Shown one piece after another: positions 20,192-31,561 of a stretch of 64,000 nucleotides of DNA. The first letter of the stretch is position 1. The number at the start of each line of letters is the position of its first letter. Under the pieces are notes generated by a model. The model had not been told where the DNA came from. It made no database searches and saw only the letters and a list, made by a program, of their open reading frames with translations. The stretch is from NCBI GenBank assembly GCA_016184125.1, contig JACPDG010000057.1, forward strand, positions 11,485 to 75,484, read 5' to 3'. The translations under genes were made by a program, and so were the position numbers. The DNA comes from Candidatus Rokuibacteriota bacterium. GTDB taxonomy: Bacteria > Methylomirabilota > Methylomirabilia > Rokubacteriales > CSP1-6.

Positions 20192-22143
20192 AGGACCTCA
20201 AGAAGACCGTGATCATCGAGCACGTGGAACCCACGGTGGACGGCGGCCGCTACCCCGCGAAGCGCGAGGTCGGATGCGTCGTCGAGGTCACCGCGGACAT
20301 CTTCAAGGAGGGCCACGACAAGCTCCTCGCGTGGCTCAAGTACCGCCGCGCCGACGCGAGCGCCTGGGACGAGACCCCCATGCGTTTCGTCGACAACGAC
20401 CGCTGGGCCGGCCGGTTCAAGCTGACGCAGAACACGCGGTACGTGTTCACGATCGAGGCGGTCATCGACGTGTTCGGCTCCTGGCTCGCCGACCTCGAGA
20501 AGCGGCTCGCCGCCCGCCAGCCGGACCTCTCGAGCGAGCTGATCGAAGGCGCGGCCCTCGTCCGCGATGCGCTCCTCCGGGCGCGTGACGAGGACCGCGC
20601 GCGCCTCGAAGCGTACGCGGGCCGCATCGCCGCCACGGCGGACCAGCCGGCCGCCGCGGAGGCGGCGCTCGACCCCGCGCTCACCGTGCTGATGGAGGCG
20701 GCCGTGGACCGGACGGACGCCACGTGGTGCGACCGCGAGTTCGAGATCGTCGCGGACCGCGCGCGCGCGCGCTTCGCCGCCTGGTACGAGTTCTTCCCGC
20801 GCTCGGGGCAGGTTCCCGGGAAGCATGGCACGTTCCGGGACGCCGAGTTCCAGCTTCGCCGCGCCGCCTCCATGGGCTTCGACGTCGTGTACCTGCCACC
20901 GATCCACCCCGTCGGGCGGCGATTCCGCAAGGGCCGCAACAACGCGCTCGAGGCGCAGCCGGACGATCCCGGGAGCGTCTGGGCGATCGGGAGCGAGGAA
21001 GGCGGTCACGCCGCCGTCCATCCGGAGCTCGGGACCATCGAGGACTTCGATGCCTTCGTCGCCACGGCGCGCAGCCTGGGGCTCGAGGTCGCGCTCGACT
21101 TCACCATCCAGGCCTCGCCGGATCACCCGTGGGTCCGAGAGCACCCCGAGTGGTTCTTCCACCGCCCGGACGGCACGATCAAGTACGCCGAGAACCCGCC
21201 GAAGAAATACCAGGACGTGTACCCGCTCAACTTCAGCGGCCGCGACCCGGAGCCGCTCTGGCGGGAGATGCGGCGAGTCCTCGAGTTCTGGATCTCGCAC
21301 GGGGTCAAGAGCTTCCGCGTCGACAACCCGCACACCAAGCCCGTCCGGTTCTGGGAGTGGCTGATCCGGGACATCCAGACCGAGCACCCGGACGTGATCT
21401 TCCTGTCGGAAGCGTTCACGCGGCCGAAGATGATGAAGGTCCTCGCCAAGGCCGGGTTCACGCAGTCGTACACGTACTTCACGTGGCGCAACGAGAAGCA
21501 GGAGCTCATCGACTACTTCACCGAGATCACGTCCCCGCCGGTGAGCGATTACTTCCGCGGCAGCCTCTGGCCGAACACGCCGGACATCCTGCACGAGACC
21601 CTCCAGCGCGGCGGCCGTCCCGCGTTCAAGATGCGGCTCGTGCTCGCCGCCACCCTGTCCTCGCTCTACGGCATCTACTCCGGGTACGAGCTCTGCGAGA
21701 ACGTCCCGCGCGAGCCCGGCTCCGAGGAATACCTGAACTCCGAGAAGTACGAGCTCAAGACCCGGAACTGGCGGGAGCCGGGCAACCTGGTGCAGTTCAT
21801 CACCCGCGTCAACGCGATTCGCCGCGAGCACCCGGCGCTGCAGTGTTACAGCAACCTTCGCTTCTATCCGTCGCTGAGCCCGTCGGTGCTGTGGTACGGC
21901 AAGATGACGCCGGACCGGGACGACGTCGTGCTCGTGGCGGCGAGCCTCGACGTCAGCCAGACGCAGGAGACGCTGGTCGAGGTGCCGCTCGACGAGCTCG
22001 CGATGAGCGAGCACGAGCCGTACCTGATGCATGAGCTGCTGAGCGACAGCACGTGGGAGTGGCGCGGACGCCGCGGCTACGTGAAGCTCGACCCGCACGT
22101 GGACTCCACGCAGATCTTCGCCCTGCGCCGCCTGCGGGGATGA
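20188..22143 (+). CDS. glgE: Alpha-1,4-glucan:maltose-1-phosphate maltosyltransferase
   Basis: ATG overlaps the upstream stop (ATGA). [36 protein letters not shown] are typical of GlgE (GH13_3), about 651 aa. Confidence 0.9.
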   Translation: MKDLKKTVIIEHVEPTVDGGRYPAKREVGCVVEVTADIFKEGHDKLLAWLKYRRADASAWDETPMRFVDNDRWAGRFKLTQNTRYVFTIEAVIDVFGSWLADLEKRLAARQPDLSSELIEGAALVRDALLRARDEDRARLEAYAGRIAATADQPAAAEAALDPALTVLMEAAVDRTDATWCDREFEIVADRARARFAAWYEFFPRSGQVPGKHGTFRDAEFQLRRAASMGFDVVYLPPIHPVGRRFRKGRNNALEAQPDDPGSVWAIGSEEGGHAAVHPELGTIEDFDAFVATARSLGLEVALDFTIQASPDHPWVREHPEWFFHRPDGTIKYAENPPKKYQDVYPLNFSGRDPEPLWREMRRVLEFWISHGVKSFRVDNPHTKPVRFWEWLIRDIQTEHPDVIFLSEAFTRPKMMKVLAKAGFTQSYTYFTWRNEKQELIDYFTEITSPPVSDYFRGSLWPNTPDILHETLQRGGRPAFKMRLVLAATLSSLYGIYSGYELCENVPREPGSEEYLNSEKYELKTRNWREPGNLVQFITRVNAIRREHPALQCYSNLRFYPSLSPSVLWYGKMTPDRDDVVLVAASLDVSQTQETLVEVPLDELAMSEHEPYLMHELLSDSTWEWRGRRGYVKLDPHVDSTQIFALRRLRG

Positions 22144-22207
22144 CGGGGCGACTCCGCACCTCGGCTCCTCCACGCACCCCCGGTGCGGGCGCGCGACACC
22201 CGGGACC

Positions 22208-23874
<1,667 letters not shown>

Positions 23875-23878
<4 letters not shown>

Positions 23879-24230
23879 CATCACGGGGGGACTATCGATG
23901 CCCCCCAAACCCCCCACGCTCGGAGCGCCCCGGCAAAGCCGTGGCGCTCCTCGACCACCGGATTCCTCCACGGACTCTGACATCATGGGGGGCCCCGACT
24001 TGGCCCCCCAACCCCCCCCACGCTCGGCGGCGGCCCGGGGAACCCGGCCCGCCCCTCGGGAATACGATCCGGCCACGGGCTCTGACATCATGGGGGGACT
24101 ACCGATGCCCCCCAAGCCCCCCGCACTCGGAGCCGTCCCGGGGGGTGCGCGGATGCACCCGTGGGGTGCGCGGACGCACCCGGGGAACCCGGGACGGCCC
24201 TCGACCACCGATGCCGTTCACGGGCTCTGA
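23875..24230. repeat. Tandem array of three GC-hairpin repeat units (R2) between treS and mak
   Basis: Three units, each CTGACATCA(C/T)GGGGGG-loop-CCCCCC-AA(A/G)CCCCCC-(A)CGCTCGG-..-CACGG(G/A)CTCTGAC. The third carries two GGGTGCGCGGA(T/C)GCACCC hairpins. Confidence 0.75.
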
Positions 24231-25623
24231 CGCGCTCGCCGCCTGGATCGCCGCACAGCGGTGGTTCGCCGGCAAGACGCGCCGCATCAGCGGGCTCGTC
24301 GTCGAGGACCGGGTGCCGGTCGCGGACGCGAGCGTCCTCGTGGTCGCGGTCGCGCTCGACGACGCGACCACGCAGCGGTACGCCGTGCCGCTCCGCGACG
24401 GACAGGCCATCGCCGACGCGCTCGACGAGGCGAGTTACGGTCGCGCGCTGCTCGACCTGATCGGGCGGGCCGATCGTGCGGCCGGTGAGTCAGGGGAGAT
24501 CGCCGGGCAGCCGACGCGAGCCTTCCCGCGGGATCTGCCTCCCGCCCCATCGGTGCGGCGGCTCGCCGGCGAGCAGAGCAACACCTCGATCGTGCTCGGC
24601 GAGCGTCTCATGCTGAAGCATTTCCGCCGCCTCGTGCCCGGACGCAATCCCGACGAGGAGATCGGCCGCTTCCTGACGGAGCGGACGTCGTTCACGCACG
24701 TCCCGCGGCTCGCCGGGCACCTCGAGTACCGCCGTGGCGCGGAGCGCTCCACGCTGGCCGTGCTGCACGAGCTCGCGACCGGCGCGGAGGACGGGTGGCG
24801 CTGGGTGCTCGACGAGCTGCGCGCCATGTACTCTGGGGTGGCGCCGGCGGCCGGCGAGCCGGACGACGTCGAGCGGCAGGCCGGTCCGACGCTCGACGCG
24901 CTTCGCCAGCTCGGCGCGGTCACCGCCGAGATGCACCTCGCCCTCGCGGGAGGCGTCGCGGATCCCGCGTTCTCACCGGAGCCGATCACGCCGACCGACG
25001 TGGCCGGCTGGTCGCGCGCCGTCGAGCGCCAGCTCGACGAGGCGTCGGGGGTCCTGGAGTCGAGCGGCGCGGCGGATGAGGCGTCCCGGGGAACGCTCGC
25101 GGTCCTGCGCGGCGAGCGTGCCCTGCTCTCCGCGGGGCTGATGGAGCTCGTGGGGCGCACGAAGATCCGCCACCACGGCGACTATCATCTGGGGCAGACG
25201 CTGTACCGGCCGCGCGAGCGGGAGTGGCTCGTGATCGACTTCGAGGGCGAGCCGCTGCGCCCGCTGGCCGAGCGCCGCGCGAAGCACGCGGCGCTCCGCG
25301 ACGTCGCCGGCATGCTGCGCTCGCTCGACTACGCCGCGGTGACCGCGATGCCGGCCGGCCTGGACGTCTGGGCGCGTGCGTGGGAGCGCGCCGCGTCAGC
25401 CGCGTTCGCCGCCGGGTACCGCGAGCGTGCCGCCGGCGCCCCGTTCCTGCCGGTGTCGCCGACGGCGTTCACGTCGGCGGTGGCCGTGTTCCTCGTGGAG
25501 AAGGCCGCGTACGAGGTCGTGTACGAGGCGGCTCACCGGCCCGCGTGGTTGCCGATCCCGCTCGGCGGGCTCACGCGGGCGCTCGCCGCGCTCACTGGCC
25601 GCCCTCGGGCTGGGGCGGCGTGA
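24211..25623 (+). CDS. mak: Maltokinase (maltose 1-phosphate synthase, Pep2/Mak)
   Basis: The N-terminus (AAWIAAQRWFAGKTRRI) and C-terminus (HGDYHLGQTL..IDFEGEP..RDVAGMLRSLDYAA) align with Mak/Pep2. The ATG start lies inside the terminal part of the upstream repeat unit. Confidence 0.8.
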   Translation: MPFTGSDALAAWIAAQRWFAGKTRRISGLVVEDRVPVADASVLVVAVALDDATTQRYAVPLRDGQAIADALDEASYGRALLDLIGRADRAAGESGEIAGQPTRAFPRDLPPAPSVRRLAGEQSNTSIVLGERLMLKHFRRLVPGRNPDEEIGRFLTERTSFTHVPRLAGHLEYRRGAERSTLAVLHELATGAEDGWRWVLDELRAMYSGVAPAAGEPDDVERQAGPTLDALRQLGAVTAEMHLALAGGVADPAFSPEPITPTDVAGWSRAVERQLDEASGVLESSGAADEASRGTLAVLRGERALLSAGLMELVGRTKIRHHGDYHLGQTLYRPREREWLVIDFEGEPLRPLAERRAKHAALRDVAGMLRSLDYAAVTAMPAGLDVWARAWERAASAAFAAGYRERAAGAPFLPVSPTAFTSAVAVFLVEKAAYEVVYEAAHRPAWLPIPLGGLTRALAALTGRPRAGAA

Positions 25624-26104
25624 ACGTCATCCGGAGGGCGAGCCAGCCCTCCTTGTCGAACTCGACGAGCAGCCCCGACCGGTAGAAGAAGACCGGCGTC
25701 TCGTGGTCCTTGCCCGCACGCGTCGGCACGCCCCATCCGATCACGATGGTGTTGCGCGTGAAGATGCCGGGGTTCGGCTCGAGCCGCATGATTCGCACGA
25801 CGTCCGGCTGATAGCCGGCCGCCGCGAGGAGGCCGAACTCGAACGTGAGCCGGCGGATGCCTGGCGGCGCGCGGTCGCCTTCGTAGACCCACTGCGTCGC
25901 GTCGTAGCTCTCGATCTTCAGGGCCTCGGAACGGGTCGGCTCGCCCCACCGCGCGCGGACCACCTCGATCGTGCTCTCGCCCGGAACGATCGCCCCCCAC
26001 TCCGCCGCGTGGGCAGGTCGAGGCGCAACGACCGCGACCAGGACGACGACGGACACGAGCAGCGCGGCGGACAGGACAACACGGTGACGCACGGTCCTCA
26101 TCAT
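25592..26104 (-). CDS. Secreted hypothetical protein (signal peptide)
   Basis: MMRTVRHRVVLSAALLVSVVVLVAVVAPRPAHA is an N-terminal signal, followed by a 170-aa ORF with no recognisable domain. Confidence 0.5.
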   Translation of the reverse strand: MMRTVRHRVVLSAALLVSVVVLVAVVAPRPAHAAEWGAIVPGESTIEVVRARWGEPTRSEALKIESYDATQWVYEGDRAPPGIRRLTFEFGLLAAAGYQPDVVRIMRLEPNPGIFTRNTIVIGWGVPTRAGKDHETPVFFYRSGLLVEFDKEGWLALRMTFTPPQPEGGQ

Positions 26105-26180
26105 GCCACGCTCCGGCCCAGAACATTTCAATGAACCCGGCGCGGGACGATCTGAACCGGATGCGCGCTAGAATCCCCTC

Positions 26181-26666
26181 ATGGCGACGGTCCGCGCCCG
26201 CTACCGCTTCACGGTCGACCACTTCCACCGCATGGCGGCCGCCGGCGTCTTCACCGAGGACGACCGCGTGGAACTGCTGGAGGGAGAGATCACCGTGATG
26301 AGCCCGATCGGCGACCGCCATGTCGCCTGCGTCGACTTCCTCAACGATCGTTTCGGCGAGGCCCTCCGCGTCCGCGCGCTCGTCCGCGTGCAGAGCCCGG
26401 TGCGGCTCGGTCCCCACAGCGCGCCCCAGCCCGACATCGCACTGCTGCGCCGGTCAGCCGACTACTACCGCGCCGTCCCTGCCACGCCACGAGACGTCTT
26501 CCTCGTCATCGAGGTCGCGGACGCTGACGTGGACTATCCCGACATGGCTGGGCCGGAAACTGATCCGCTTCCTCGGCTCCCTGGCCGTCGAAGCCGGGGG
26601 CCGTCGGCCGTCCAGAGCCCGATCGACACGATGCTCGGCGGCTCAGGCTTCGCGGGTCCTGCGTGA
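26181..26666 (+). CDS. Uma2-family (DUF820) putative endonuclease, with divergent or degenerate C-terminus
   Basis: FTVDHFHRMAAAGVF.EDDRVELLEGEI..MSPIGDRH..DIALL..VIEVADADVDYP matches the Uma2 pattern. The C-terminal 40 aa do not look canonical. Confidence 0.6.
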   Translation: MATVRARYRFTVDHFHRMAAAGVFTEDDRVELLEGEITVMSPIGDRHVACVDFLNDRFGEALRVRALVRVQSPVRLGPHSAPQPDIALLRRSADYYRAVPATPRDVFLVIEVADADVDYPDMAGPETDPLPRLPGRRSRGPSAVQSPIDTMLGGSGFAGPA

Positions 26667-26757
26667 CGCACCGAGATAAGCCGACGGGATAGGCTGACGG
26701 GATAGGCGGCGACGAGCTGCTTGCGAACACCCCGCCCTCAGCAGAATGAAAGCCTGA

Positions 26758-27243
26758 GTGATGGCGAGTCCCTACAGCGCACCGCGCCTCTGGGCGTACT
26801 TCCAGAAGCTCGAAGGCCGGCCGATGTTTCTCATGCTTCGAAGTCAATGGGAGACGGTCAAGATCCGGCTTGGCGAGCGTGTGCCTATCGAGATCTCGAC
26901 CACACCAATGGCGCGGCTTCTGACAGCGGCCGATATTGCGGCGGCGGTCGCGGAGCGGAAATCAGAGTACGAGGCGACGATCGCCATCTACCGTCGGGAC
27001 CCGAAGGATGCTGCCCACGCCGCGCCGATTAACGTGGACCGCTACCTCGTGTGGGAACGCATGCCCGATCATCGGGATTTGTTCGCCATGGTGAACGCCG
27101 CATCAACATCCGACAATGCCAATCTGCAGGGCTTCCTGGCGGACCACGTGTTTCTCGTGAAGGAAGGGTCTGGCGATGATCACTGGCTCCCGGCGGTCCC
27201 GATCGAGATCCGAGCTGTCATCGCGAAACGGAACCTGCGATGA
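26758..27243 (+). CDS. Hypothetical protein in lower-GC islet
   Basis: 161-aa ORF, protein-like composition, no recognised motif. Confidence 0.4.
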   Translation: MMASPYSAPRLWAYFQKLEGRPMFLMLRSQWETVKIRLGERVPIEISTTPMARLLTAADIAAAVAERKSEYEATIAIYRRDPKDAAHAAPINVDRYLVWERMPDHRDLFAMVNAASTSDNANLQGFLADHVFLVKEGSGDDHWLPAVPIEIRAVIAKRNLR

Positions 27244-27386
27244 GGGCCGCAGAACTTCGCGGTACAGCGGACCGGCGGGCTCGCGTTGCTCGCCCCCCGG
27301 CCGCTGACCGCGGCGTTGGGCAGCTTCTGCAAAGGCGAGGCGTCGGTGTCAACGTCGTATACTCGTGATACGGAGGCGATGCGCGC

Positions 27387-27596
27387 TTGATCACGTTCAA
27401 GGTCGAGATTGAACGAGAGGACGACGGCCGCTGGCTGGCGGAGGTCGTCGAACTGCCCGGTGTCCTCGTGTACGGCGAAACGCAGGAGGTGGCTCTGTCA
27501 AGGGTTCAGGCGCTTGCTCTCCGAGTCATTGCCGAGCGTCTGGAGCACGGCGAGGCTGAACCTGAACTGCTGAGCATCTCCTTCAACGCGGCGTGA
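27387..27596 (+). CDS. hicB: Type II toxin-antitoxin system HicB-family antitoxin
   Basis: The 69-aa ORF MITFKVEIEREDDGRWLAEVVELPGVLVYGETQEVALSRVQALALRVI matches the HicB/UPF0150 N-terminal fold. GGAGG lies 9 nt upstream of the TTG start. Confidence 0.7.
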   Translation: MITFKVEIEREDDGRWLAEVVELPGVLVYGETQEVALSRVQALALRVIAERLEHGEAEPELLSISFNAA

Positions 27597-27805
27597 GCGC
27601 CTGGCCGAGCAGCCGCGCTCGCCGGGTGCTGGCGGCGCTCCTGAGGATTGGCTGGGTGGTCAAGCGGCAATCCGGTTCCCACCGAACGTTATCCCGCACG
27701 GGATGGGCAGACGTCGTGTTCGCCTTCCACGACGACGAGGAGATCGGGCCCCGCATGCTGGCCCGGATCGCGAAGCGCACTGGTTTGCGACCCGAGGACC
27801 TGTGA
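27593..27805 (+). CDS. hicA: Type II toxin-antitoxin system HicA-family toxin (mRNA interferase)
   Basis: 70 aa. LLRIGWVVKRQSGSHRTLSRTGWADVVFAFHDDEEIGPRMLARIAKRTGL matches the HicA/YcfA pattern (G-W...GSH...P.H....K). The GTG start overlaps the hicB TGA. Confidence 0.75.
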   Translation: MSAWPSSRARRVLAALLRIGWVVKRQSGSHRTLSRTGWADVVFAFHDDEEIGPRMLARIAKRTGLRPEDL

Positions 27806-28004
27806 GCGCCCAACACTGCCGAACTACAGGATTCACCCCGCGGCCTTCGGGCGCGGGTGATCCTGGACGTTAGATGGCGGGGACAATGCTCGTGCCTTTG
27901 AGATCTGTCTTCTCGACGAGGCAGGCATCCTTCGTAACCGTCGGTTCGCTAGACGGCGCTGTCCGCCGCCTGGCCGCGGTCGTCAAACGAAGTGTCTGGC
28001 AGGA

Positions 28005-28301
28005 GTGGGCTTCGCCGCGTTGGCCATCTTTGTCGTCTTCTTCGCCGCATCGACAGTCTTTGGCGGCGTCCTCGTGACTTCAACGCGGCCGTTCGCTCAG
28101 AAGGTTGGCGCGGGCATGTTCATCGGCGCATTGATGAACGCAAGCGCTCTGGCCCTGTGGCGGTCCACGCAGCCCTTGACTGAGGAGGACATCTCGTTGG
28201 TGTCGGCGGGGATTCAGAAGGCGCTCGACACCCCGTCTAACAAGCCGTTCCACCTGCCGCCGGCCCTCGCTCCCTGCGGTCGCTCGGTCCGCCGCAGGTG
28301 A
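28005..28301 (+). CDS. Small putative membrane protein
   Basis: 98 aa with two hydrophobic helices (FAALAIFVVFFAASTVFGGVLV; GAGMFIGALMNASALALW). The reading frame is uncertain because overlapping ORFs exist. Confidence 0.3.
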   Translation: MGFAALAIFVVFFAASTVFGGVLVTSTRPFAQKVGAGMFIGALMNASALALWRSTQPLTEEDISLVSAGIQKALDTPSNKPFHLPPALAPCGRSVRRR

Positions 28302-28328
28302 ACGGCAGCGTTCGGCGCACCAAGCGGC

Positions 28329-28763
28329 GTGTCGACCGCTGACTTCCGGCTTCGGCCGACCGCGGCTCTGTGCAACCGCCGCGGGTGCTCACCGCGAGCG
28401 TTGAGCGTCGGGTCGAGCAAGGGCAATGAGGGTAATGATCGAATGGCGAACACGTGGATCACCGACATGAGGCACTATCTCGATGGCTCCGGAGCCTTGG
28501 TCGAGATGCCCGGGCCCGCTCTGAGCTTGGCGCTGTTCCTCGGAGCGATCGTGGCCTGGGTGACAAGCGGCCGGGCCGCTGGGGACGGACGGACCAACGT
28601 GCCCTGTCGTCGGAGCCCGGGTCGCAGCAGGTGCCCCGGCGAGATCGAAGCTTCGCTGGCATCGGACGGCGCGACGATCTCATGGCGCTGTCCGGTCTGC
28701 GGAGATAACGGCCTGACGCGAGGATGGGAGGGGACGCGTTGGGATCGGCGAGGAACCGGCTGA
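28329..28763 (+). CDS. Hypothetical protein with CxxxxxxxC...CxxC zinc-ribbon-like motif
   Basis: 144-aa ORF. The likely start is at the internal MANTWITDMRHYL (about 28443). It contains CRRSPGRSRC...CPVCG. Confidence 0.35.
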   Translation: MSTADFRLRPTAALCNRRGCSPRALSVGSSKGNEGNDRMANTWITDMRHYLDGSGALVEMPGPALSLALFLGAIVAWVTSGRAAGDGRTNVPCRRSPGRSRCPGEIEASLASDGATISWRCPVCGDNGLTRGWEGTRWDRRGTG

Positions 28764-28794
28764 CGTTCGGCGGGAGAACCCGATTCGATCGGGG

Positions 28795-30393
28795 CTAATA
28801 CCCGAGCGCCGCCCCGTCGCCGCGGGGATCGGCGCCACCCATGAGCGTCCCGTCACGCACGACGACTCCATGCGCGTGGCCGGCCCGGTGGAAGAAGTCC
28901 GGCCCGGGCTTGACGCGGTGACCGCGGCGCTCGAGCGACGCCAGCACCCGGCGTCCAACGCGCCGCTCGACGTGCACGGTGTCCGCCGGCTCGCCGGCGG
29001 AGAGCGAGCCGACGACGAACCGCGGGCGCTCGATGGCCTCCTGGATGTCGACGCCGTAGTCGAGGACGTTCGGCAGGACCTGCAGGTGGAACATCGCCTG
29101 GCCGTGGCCGCCCATCGTCGCGAACGCCATCACCGGGCGCGCGTCGCGGGTGACGATCGAGGCCGTCAGCGTGTGGAACGGCCGCTTGCGGGGTGCGAGG
29201 GCGGTCGGGTGCGACGCGTCCAGCGAGAAGTGGCGGCCACGGTTGTGCAGCAGCACGCCCGTGCCGGGAGGCACGACGCCGGAGCCCCACGCGTTGTAGA
29301 GGCTCTGGATGACGGCGACCACGTCGCCGCGACCGTCGGCGACGACGAAGCCGGTCGTGTCGCCCTCGGGATCGCCCCAGGTGTACGGCTGCGCCTTCGC
29401 GGGATCGTAGAGGGCCCGGCGCCGCCCTGCGTAGTCCTTCGAGAGCAGCGCGTCGACGGGGACGCGCACGTGCGCCGGGTCGCCGATCCAGCGGTCGCGG
29501 TCGGCGTAGGCGAGCTTCGCCATCTCGATCAGGACGTGCAGGTGCTCCGTGGAGCCGAGCCGCCGGCGGGCGACGGGAACGCCCTCGAGCAGGTTGAGCG
29601 CCAGCAGCGCCGCGAGCCCTTGCGTCGGCGGCGGCGTCTGGTAGACCGTGGCCCCTCGATACGTCGTGTGGATCGGCTCGCTCCACTCGCCCGTGTGCGC
29701 GGCCAGGTCGTCGGCCGTGAGGAAGCCGTCCGCCTCCATGCGCCGCGCGATCGCCTCCGCGATCCGCCCGCGATAGAAGAGGTCGGGTCCCTCCACGCCG
29801 AGGCCTTCGAGCGTCCGCGCGAGATCGGCCTGCACCAGGAGCTCGCCTGGCGCCGCAGGACGCCCTCCGGGCGAGAAGATCCGCCGCCATTCGGGATCGG
29901 TGATCGCCGGCGTCCACTCGGCGGCCGCCTGGCTGACGAGCGAGGTGGACGGGAAGCCGTGCTCCGCGTAGTGGATGGCGGGACGCAGCAGGTTTGAGAG
30001 CGGGCGCGAGCCGAAGCGCTCGAGGAGCATCGCCCATCCACGGACGCAGCCGGGAACGCTGACGGTCGCAGGCCCGAGGGTCGGCAGCTGGGTGTAGCCG
30101 CGACGCGCGGCCTCGCCGAACGTCGCGCGCGTCCCCGAGCGTCCGCTTCCGTTCAGGCAGTGAACCCGGCGCGTGGCCGCCTCGTAGTAGAGGCAGAACA
30201 GGTCGCCGCCCGCACCGCAGCAGTAGGGCTGCGTGACGGCGAGCACGGCGTTCGTCGCGACGGCGGCATCCGCGGCCGTACCGCCGGCCTTGAGCGTCCC
30301 GACGCCCGCCAGGGTGGCGAGAGGGTGCGCCGATGCGACGAGGCCTTCGCGTCCCATCGCGACCGGCCGGTGCGAGTATCCGATGTTCGGCAC
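28795..30393 (-). CDS. ggt: Gamma-glutamyltransferase family protein
   Basis: 532 aa. The TTGF-type autoprocessing region (GDTTGFVVADGRGDVVAVIQSL) and the overall GGT pattern are present. Confidence 0.85.
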   Translation of the reverse strand: MPNIGYSHRPVAMGREGLVASAHPLATLAGVGTLKAGGTAADAAVATNAVLAVTQPYCCGAGGDLFCLYYEAATRRVHCLNGSGRSGTRATFGEAARRGYTQLPTLGPATVSVPGCVRGWAMLLERFGSRPLSNLLRPAIHYAEHGFPSTSLVSQAAAEWTPAITDPEWRRIFSPGGRPAAPGELLVQADLARTLEGLGVEGPDLFYRGRIAEAIARRMEADGFLTADDLAAHTGEWSEPIHTTYRGATVYQTPPPTQGLAALLALNLLEGVPVARRRLGSTEHLHVLIEMAKLAYADRDRWIGDPAHVRVPVDALLSKDYAGRRRALYDPAKAQPYTWGDPEGDTTGFVVADGRGDVVAVIQSLYNAWGSGVVPPGTGVLLHNRGRHFSLDASHPTALAPRKRPFHTLTASIVTRDARPVMAFATMGGHGQAMFHLQVLPNVLDYGVDIQEAIERPRFVVGSLSAGEPADTVHVERRVGRRVLASLERRGHRVKPGPDFFHRAGHAHGVVVRDGTLMGGADPRGDGAALGY

Positions 30394-30406
30394 GTGCCCC
30401 TCCGCG

Positions 30407-31429
30407 TCAGCTGGCGTTCGAGAAGAGCTTCGCGACCTCGTCCTGAGGGAAGACCGGCATCGGCGCCGGGCCGTGGCCGTCGACGAGCGTCACGCCCTGG
30501 CCTCGCGGCACCACCTCGCCGATCGCGTGGCAGGCGATGCCGTCTCGCGCGAGCGCATCGATCACGACCGGAGCATCGACCCGCGCGACCGTCATGAGCA
30601 GCGCGCCCGAGGCGATCGTGCCGAGCGGGTCGAGCCCGAGCGCGCGGCACAGCTCGGCGCCCTCCGGCAGCACCGCGATGCAGGCCCGCTCGATCCTGAG
30701 CCCGACGTCCGCCGCGTCGGCGAGCTCCACCAGCGCGGTCGCGAGACCGCCCTCGGTCGGGTCGTGCATCGCGTGCACGCGCGCGACGTCGCACGCGAGC
30801 GCGGCCTCCGGCAGCACGCTGAGCCCCGGCGTCCGCAGCAGGCCCTTCGCGCGCGCCACCACGGACGGCGCGACGCCACGCGCGAGAAGCTCGGGCTCCT
30901 TCTCCCGGGCGATCAGGGCCGCGCCCTCGATCGGGATCCCCTTGGTGAGGAGCACGACATCCCCGACCTCGGCACCGCCCGTCGTGACGAGCCGGTCGCG
31001 CGCGACCTCGCCGAGCATCGTCCCGACGACCACCGGCCGATCGAGCCCGTACGTGATCTCGGTGTGCCCACCGACCAGGGCGACGTCGAGATCGTCGCAC
31101 GCGGCCGTGAGCTCCTCGAACAGCGCGGCGACGGACTCACCGGTCGTGCGGCCTTCCGGGAGCAGGAGCGTGGCGAGAAACCATCGAGGGCGTGCTCCAC
31201 GGACGCCGATGTCGTTGGCGTTCACCTGCAGGGCGTACCAGCCGAGCTCGTCGGTCGCGAACGTGATCGGGTCGGACGTCGCGACGAGGCACCGGTCGCC
31301 GAGGTCGATGACCGCCGCATCCTCGCCGACCCTGGGACCGACGATGACACGAGGGTCCCTGACGGGATGTCGGTCGAAGATCGCCTGGAGGGCGTCGGCG
31401 CGAAGCTTCCCGACGGGGAGGAACGGCAT
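30407..31429 (-). CDS. AIR synthase-related protein (PurM/HypE/ThiL superfamily)
   Basis: LPVGKL..GEDAAVIDLGDRCLVATSDP..ANDIGVRGARPRWF..ALVGGHTE is the PurM-like fold. The start is ambiguous (GTG 31453 or ATG 31429). Confidence 0.7.
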   Translation of the reverse strand: MPFLPVGKLRADALQAIFDRHPVRDPRVIVGPRVGEDAAVIDLGDRCLVATSDPITFATDELGWYALQVNANDIGVRGARPRWFLATLLLPEGRTTGESVAALFEELTAACDDLDVALVGGHTEITYGLDRPVVVGTMLGEVARDRLVTTGGAEVGDVVLLTKGIPIEGAALIAREKEPELLARGVAPSVVARAKGLLRTPGLSVLPEAALACDVARVHAMHDPTEGGLATALVELADAADVGLRIERACIAVLPEGAELCRALGLDPLGTIASGALLMTVARVDAPVVIDALARDGIACHAIGEVVPRGQGVTLVDGHGPAPMPVFPQDEVAKLFSNAS

Positions 31430-31561
31430 GCCGGCCGAGTATACAACCGCCACCCGTTCAGGCGGATCGCCGCGTGCGACCGTCGGGGCGTCGCGACAAC
31501 GCCCTCGCGTGCCGCTTCGCCCTCGCGCGCTGCTTGGCGCGTGGCGCTTGGCGTCGCGACG

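Noticed and set aside
26506-26847. Minus-strand 113-aa ORF overlapping the Uma2 gene end, and other short overlapping ORFs in 27.2-28.7 kb (27218..27400-, 27583..27816-, 28214..28468-, 28459..28683-)
   Set aside because: They overlap better-supported plus-strand genes (Uma2, hicB/hicA, the 144-aa ORF) and have Arg/Ser-rich, non-protein-like composition.
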